Shown in pieces: positions 15,820 through 20,000 of a DNA stretch of 20,000 nucleotides. Under the pieces are notes generated by a model. That model saw only the letters and a list, made by a program, of their open reading frames with translations, did not search any database and was not told the DNA's origin. This DNA comes from an uncultured virus (IMG/VR IMGVR_UViG_3300020037_001477). Its lineage: Duplodnaviria; Heunggongvirae; Uroviricota; Caudoviricetes. Where the stretch lies: the IMG/VR virus record IMGVR_UViG_3300020037_001477; one strand, 5' to 3'. A program made the translations under genes and the position numbers. How positions within the stretch are numbered: the stretch's first letter is position 1; each line of letters starts with the position of its first letter.

Positions 15820-16599
15820 TCAGTGATTGATGAAGGCGATTGCCCTGCCCCAGGAGGCATCCGCCCAACACAAGCCGCAGGTCGAGCACGCGGAGGTCTT
15901 GTCGATCTGCGCCGGGCAGACGATGACGTCCTTGTGCAACGCCGTCTTGTCTCCTGAGCTAGAGACAGGGATGGCCTCGCCTTCGTAGGTGATCGGGTTG
16001 GGCACCGATCTCCTGACCTTCCAACGCTCGGGGTACGCCTTACCGATCTGCATGACAGCTTGCCCGATCTCGCTCTGTGGCTGGCGCGCAGTGTACCCGA
16101 AGACCCGCAGGCCGCGCATCGCCTTCATGGCCGTGTCCCACAGGCGCACGTATCCAAGCGAGTAGAAGTCCCCCAGAATATGGAGCCTCACAACGAAGCC
16201 TCGGGGGTACTCGCTCTGAAGTTTCTCCAGATTGCGCCAGAGCGCGATCTCGAACAGCGTCGAGGGTTGGTACCGCTTCGACCAGTTCATGTTGTTGCCG
16301 TAGCACGAGAGCCAGTGCATGCACGAAGACGGGCATGTCTTGCGCTCTTCGAGGGTGAGCGCGAAGATTGGCATGCCTGTCCACGCGCCACGAGAGACAA
16401 CGGCCCCTAGCTTGCGCTGATAGCCTCCGGGCTTGAGCACCCGCTCGTCCATCTGAGCGAACACCCTGGTGTGCGGGAAGAGCGTGCGGCTCTCCGTCAC
16501 AGCTTGGTGGTCCTTGGTGAGCACGACGCCCCGCCGCTTGCGCGTGCTCACCGTGATGTTGGAGAAGCGCCGCCCCTCCATGCTGGGCTTGTGAACCAT
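15820..16599 (-). CDS. Gp88-like Cys-rich, radical-SAM-like protein
   Basis: 'TCPSSCMHWLSCY' (Cx3Cx5C), 'RLHILGDF', 'FGYT' and C-terminal 'CPAQ..CSTCGLC', as I recall for the phage Gp88 family. Start at 16599 (coupled) or GTG at 16674. Confidence 0.7.
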   Translation of the reverse strand: MVHKPSMEGRRFSNITVSTRKRRGVVLTKDHQAVTESRTLFPHTRVFAQMDERVLKPGGYQRKLGAVVSRGAWTGMPIFALTLEERKTCPSSCMHWLSCYGNNMNWSKRYQPSTLFEIALWRNLEKLQSEYPRGFVVRLHILGDFYSLGYVRLWDTAMKAMRGLRVFGYTARQPQSEIGQAVMQIGKAYPERWKVRRSVPNPITYEGEAIPVSSSGDKTALHKDVIVCPAQIDKTSACSTCGLCWADASWGRAIAFINH

Positions 16600-16664
16600 C
16601 AGCGTGCCCGCCAGATCGAGCTTCCGGCGGCGATCTCGAAGGTCTCGTCGTGTGTGTAGCTCAC
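16599..16664 (-). CDS. Possible 21-aa coupling mini-ORF
   Basis: GTG overlaps the upstream TGA (GTGA). Its own TGA overlaps the ATG at 16599 (TGATG). GAGG upstream. Confidence 0.4.
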   Translation of the reverse strand: MSYTHDETFEIAAGSSIWRAR

Positions 16665-16942
16665 GGCTCGGCACCCTCTTCCTCGGGCTGCGCCTCGGCC
16701 GGCATGCTCAGGTCGCCGAAGTGTTCCTTGTTCAGGATCGCAACGGCTTCCAGCAGCGCGGCGAGCGCCTGCCTCGACGAGACCTTGATCTCGCTCGGAC
16801 CCTCGGCCTCGAAGCTGAAGCCGTCGCGCTTGGCTTCGCCCTTCAGGGCCTTCAGGTTTTTCTTTGCGTCGCCCTGCTTGGCGTCGAAGTACCAAGCCGG
16901 CGGCTCGCCAGCCCTGGTGAAGATGGTACGCCAGACGATCAT
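16661..16942 (-). CDS. Hypothetical protein (93 aa)
   Basis: GGAG SD, ATG 3 nt after the upstream stop, good codon bias. Confidence 0.7.
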   Translation of the reverse strand: MIVWRTIFTRAGEPPAWYFDAKQGDAKKNLKALKGEAKRDGFSFEAEGPSEIKVSSRQALAALLEAVAILNKEHFGDLSMPAEAQPEEEGAEP

Positions 16943-16945
16943 GAG

Positions 16946-17239
16946 TTACTCCGCTCCTGGTTTGGCCGGGATGCGATATGCCCCCGGCGCGTGGATCATC
17001 TCTCGCTCGGACTGTGGATCGCCCCAGCCCTGTCCATAGTTGGTGCCTGGGCCGCGCTTGTCGACGGCCTTGTCAGCAAGCTGCACCATCTTGCGGTGCT
17101 CGCGCGCACGAAGACGTCGCTGTGCCGGGGACAACCTAGCCAGTTGTTTGTGGTGGGGCGATCCGGGGATTGGACACGAGCCGTTGCACTGAGACCAATC
17201 GTCCCCAGAGACAGCCCCGCACTTAGGACACGCTGTCAT
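16946..17239 (-). CDS. Small Cys-rich (putative Zn-binding) protein
   Basis: GGGAG SD and ATG at 17239. MTACPKC...QCNGSCP...HH. Confidence 0.65.
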   Translation of the reverse strand: MTACPKCGAVSGDDWSQCNGSCPIPGSPHHKQLARLSPAQRRLRAREHRKMVQLADKAVDKRGPGTNYGQGWGDPQSEREMIHAPGAYRIPAKPGAE

Positions 17240-17648
17240 CGGTCGGCTCCCGCTGTTGGCGCTCGTTGCGGATGTAGTAGGCGATCTCCATCTCGGCGGT
17301 CGCCTCGCACGCGAACACGATCTCGGGCTGCTCGGCGCGCCGCCCCAGGAGCATGATCTCCTGCGAGTTGCCGTTGCGGTCAGGCCCCATCGGGTATTCG
17401 CCGTCGCTTTCGTTCCAATCCTTGATGATCTTTTTTGCGGCACCCCAGAAGGTTCCGTCGTAGGTCTCGTGGATTGCGGCTTCGTCCCAGACGCCGGCCT
17501 TGGCGCACTCACCCACGAGGAACTCCCACTTCGGAAGGCACTTGTGCGTGCGCTTCCTGTCTCCGCCGATCAGCGCAGCAGAGACACCCTCGTTGAATGA
17601 CAGGCCGTCATTCATGAGGTACTCGCCGCAGGTAGGACACGGCCTCAT
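17223..17648 (-). CDS. Hypothetical protein with N-terminal CxxC...HxC
   Basis: GGAG SD with ATG, acidic C-terminal domain. Confidence 0.7.
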   Translation of the reverse strand: MRPCPTCGEYLMNDGLSFNEGVSAALIGGDRKRTHKCLPKWEFLVGECAKAGVWDEAAIHETYDGTFWGAAKKIIKDWNESDGEYPMGPDRNGNSQEIMLLGRRAEQPEIVFACEATAEMEIAYYIRNERQQREPTDDSVS

Positions 17649-17654
17649 GACTGG

Positions 17655-18224
17655 CTACTCCGGGATTTCAGTGGGCGGGGTCTCGGCGAGATGCTTCTCG
17701 ATGTCCTCGCGAGACGGGTAGACCTGCTCCAGCAGAGACACGGCGTCCTTGGTCATGACGAAGAGCGCGTCTCGTGCTGCGACCTGGGTCTCGATCAGCG
17801 ACGAGCTTGAACTCAGCACCGCCTGCGCCGCAGCCGCAAGCCGGCGCAGCTTGCCGCGCATCTCGAACGCGCGCTGGAACAGGACGGCGTTGGCGAAGTC
17901 CTGGGTATCGTCGCTGAGCCCGGTGGTGTACCCGATCTCTTGGCCGGCGATGTCGCTGATCTGCCGGCACCCGATGGCGTCGAGGCTGGCCGACCACGGG
18001 CCGGGCGACGTGACAGAGACGTCCTCGTCGCCGCCCATGCCCGCCATCTTGGCGTCGCGAGCCAAGCGCCCAAGGTTGTCGGCGTGCGCTCGCATCATCT
18101 TCTCGAAGAGCACGCGGTCGGGAGTGAGCGCACCCCGCAGGTGGTTGCTCGCTGCCCGATCAGGTGTGAAGCTCAGCTTCAGTCCGTTGTCCTGAAGCAT
18201 CGCCTGGAATTGTGCGAACTGCAT
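17655..18224 (-). CDS. Hypothetical phage protein with a 'TPGPW...ANA.L'-type domain
   Basis: AGGAG SD. 'TSPGPW' and 'ANAVLFQRAFEM' resemble a common uncharacterised phage early-gene family. Confidence 0.7.
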   Translation of the reverse strand: MQFAQFQAMLQDNGLKLSFTPDRAASNHLRGALTPDRVLFEKMMRAHADNLGRLARDAKMAGMGGDEDVSVTSPGPWSASLDAIGCRQISDIAGQEIGYTTGLSDDTQDFANAVLFQRAFEMRGKLRRLAAAAQAVLSSSSSLIETQVAARDALFVMTKDAVSLLEQVYPSREDIEKHLAETPPTEIPE

Positions 18225-18414
18225 TGTCTAGCTCCTGTTGGATGTTGGCGTGGATCATCTCTTTGATGACCTTGGCGATGGCGCATCGCCGGGCGCTGGC
18301 TGTTCGGACAAGCCAGTCGTGCTGGGTCTTCGTGAACTCGATGCTGTACTGCACCGAGTTTCTCTCGGACGCCTTGAAGTAGGTGCCCTTCGGGGCGGTG
18401 CTGTGGTTGGCCAC
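18160..18414 (-). CDS. Ribbon-helix-helix DNA-binding protein
   Basis: 'VQYSIEFTKTQHDWLVRTASARRCAIAKVIKEMI' fits the RHH pattern. GTG lies 2 nt after the upstream stop. Confidence 0.6.
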   Translation of the reverse strand: MANHSTAPKGTYFKASERNSVQYSIEFTKTQHDWLVRTASARRCAIAKVIKEMIHANIQQELDNAVRTIPGDASGQRTEAELHT

Positions 18415-18416
18415 GG

Positions 18417-18695
18417 CTAGAGCTTCTGGATGAAGGCGTGCAGCACGAACGTGCCCTGGTGCAGCAGGAAGCTGCCAATGTGATCGGCCTCGTCAGGGCT
18501 GGGGCATGGCGCTCCGGTCACAATGAACGCGACCGTCCGCTTCTGGACGGGGGCGTCCGCCAGACACCGATACCAGAAGGCCAGCTTGCCGTGCTGATAC
18601 TCGGCGTGGAGCAACTCGAAGTCCTGGTGGAACTCGATCTCCTGCACGCCCATCGGCAGTGCGGCGGTCTTGTAGACAACATAGGTATTGGCCAT
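18417..18695 (-). CDS. Conserved phage hypothetical protein (92 aa; DUF7352-like by recollection)
   Basis: GGAG SD. Pattern VYK...Q....FW......TG.....IGS......VLH.F. Confidence 0.7.
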   Translation of the reverse strand: MANTYVVYKTAALPMGVQEIEFHQDFELLHAEYQHGKLAFWYRCLADAPVQKRTVAFIVTGAPCPSPDEADHIGSFLLHQGTFVLHAFIQKL

Positions 18696-18720
18696 CGGTG
18701 TCTCCGGTCCAAGAGAGGGG

Positions 18721-18771
18721 GTCTCCTAATGCCCTAAGCCCGGCGCTAGTGCCGGGCCAGGGGTTGGAGAC
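18721..18771. promoter_or_regulatory. Long interrupted intergenic hairpin
   Basis: Nested arms GTCTCC/GGAGAC, CCCT/AGGG and GCCCGGC/GCCGGGC. Confidence 0.55.
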
Positions 18772-18785
18772 GCGCGTCCTGCGCG

Positions 18786-19436
18786 CTAGGTCACGACCGT
18801 CTTGGTCATGCGCCGACCGCCACGAGGAACCGGGACGGGGGCCGGCTGGTCAGCAACACGCTCGGCGACGTCGCGCTGGATCGCACTGATCGCCTCGGCC
18901 GGGAGCAGCACCAACTGGCTCTGCACCTTGCGCTCGACGATCCTGTCTCGCAGCGCCTCGGCCTCGGGCCACACGGCGACGAGTTCCTCGTAGGTCGCCG
19001 CCGCCCCGATCACGTCGGAGTAGGCCTTGAGCAGGGCTTTCTTCGCGGTCTTGTAGACCTGCCGCGCGTCGTCCCATGCGTCGAACGCCTCGCGATCTCC
19101 GGGCTCGTCGAAGAGGATCGGCCGATAGTAGGCGTTCGTCGGAGCCGTGAACTCGTCGCCGTTCTTGGTGACGAAGCGCCTCTCCCCGCCGACGTCCAGG
19201 CGCAGCACCGGCTGCGCGAGTTTCCCGGTCATGGCGTAGCGCTCAAGCACGAGCATGTCGTGCATGGGGTAGCGCGCAAGCACCGCCTTGAGGACGCGCG
19301 AGTAGAGGTTGGAGTAAGCCACCTTCAGCACGTCCTTCTGCGGGCCGGCGAGGCGGAGGCTGAGCGCGTGAGCCTTCAGGATGACGCGCATGTTCTTGGT
19401 GAGGCGGGTCGGCTTGGGGGATTTGATCTGGGTCAT
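18786..19436 (-). CDS. Nmad5-like (nucleotide-modification-associated domain 5) protein
   Basis: N-terminal 'RLTKNMR..I' and C-terminal 'TYEELVAVWPEA' match my recollection of Nmad5. ATG at 19436 with a GGGGGA SD. Confidence 0.6.
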   Translation of the reverse strand: MTQIKSPKPTRLTKNMRVILKAHALSLRLAGPQKDVLKVAYSNLYSRVLKAVLARYPMHDMLVLERYAMTGKLAQPVLRLDVGGERRFVTKNGDEFTAPTNAYYRPILFDEPGDREAFDAWDDARQVYKTAKKALLKAYSDVIGAAATYEELVAVWPEAEALRDRIVERKVQSQLVLLPAEAISAIQRDVAERVADQPAPVPVPRGGRRMTKTVVT

Positions 19437-19437
19437 G

Positions 19438-19863
19438 TCAGCGGTCCCCCTGCTGATCGTTGGAGACAGGATCACGGTCGACGTGGATCACGCCACGGTC
19501 GGGGATCGAGACCATGAAGCCGATGTCGCCTTCCTCGTGGCGCTTCTCGGCTTCGTGCCGCTCGGCCTGCTCGTCGGCGTACTTGTTGACGTCGGCGCGC
19601 TTCACGTCACGCCCGTTGAAGGGCGACGGCTCGTCGGCCGGCTTGTCGACCGGGCCGTCATAGAGGATGCGCGACACGCCCTTGCCGTGCCAGGGGATCA
19701 GCGCAACCTGCGCGTAGTCACGGCCATCGCTGGCGTTGTGGTAGAGGGTCGTCTTGACCGCACCGTTCCACGACGCAGCGATGACCTCCATGCCTGAGTT
19801 CTTGGTGCCAAGCCTGGACGCTGGGCCGCGTGCGCCGTTCAGTTTCCCGATGAAGTGAGCCAT
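19438..19863 (-). CDS. Hypothetical phage early protein (141 aa)
   Basis: GAGGA SD. Globular-looking N-domain MAHF.G...GARG.ASRLGTKNSG...AASW.G. Confidence 0.75.
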   Translation of the reverse strand: MAHFIGKLNGARGPASRLGTKNSGMEVIAASWNGAVKTTLYHNASDGRDYAQVALIPWHGKGVSRILYDGPVDKPADEPSPFNGRDVKRADVNKYADEQAERHEAEKRHEEGDIGFMVSIPDRGVIHVDRDPVSNDQQGDR

Positions 19864-19879
19864 GGTCTAGTCCTCTTTC

Positions 19880-20000
19880 CTGGTTGCTGGTTGCTGGTTG
19901 CTGGTTGCTGGTTGCTGGTTGCTGGTTGCTGGTTGCTGGTTGCTGGTTGCTGGTTGCTGGTTGCTGGTTGCTGGTTGCTGGTTGCTGGTTGCTGGTTGCT
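19880..20000. repeat. Perfect heptamer tandem repeat (CTGGTTG)n, at least 17 copies, truncated by the window end
   Basis: Directly visible: 121 bp with no mismatch seen. Confidence 0.98.

Noticed and set aside
19880..20000. Repeat array next to a genome with a Cas4-like gene read as a CRISPR system
   Set aside because: It is a pure 7-mer tandem repeat with no spacers, and no cas1 or cas2 is present. The Cas4-like gene sits in the replication operon, as is common in phages.
1..20000. Host and lifestyle assignment (alphaproteobacterial, temperate or lytic)
   Set aside because: GC content and gene families are only suggestive. No integrase, att site, clear CI repressor or host gene is visible.

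Overview
A GC-rich segment of a tailed dsDNA bacteriophage (or prophage) genome with no ordinary host genes. It has four parts. (1) The end of a rightward lysis cassette at 1-1671: 3TM-type holin, GH24 endolysin and small ORFs. (2) A leftward replication operon from 9663 to 1604: SNF2/HARP-like helicase, small membrane protein, Cas4-like PD-(D/E)xK nuclease, SSB-like protein with a very long Pro/Ala tail, divergent family A DNA polymerase and dNMP kinase. (3) A divergently transcribed primase-SF3 helicase fusion at 9892-12636. (4) A long leftward run of small early/accessory genes from 19863 to 12633, including two RHH proteins, a double-HTH protein, a Gp88-like Cys-rich protein and an Nmad5-like protein, preceded by a perfect (CTGGTTG)n array that runs off the window. 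The most striking feature is the helicase/primase intergenic region. It holds a candidate ~59-nt promoter-to-terminator small RNA whose 5' end (GUCUAGUUC) is complementary to a CTAGAC motif that recurs at the translation starts of five genes in the window. All family assignments come from recognising motifs by eye; no database search was run.
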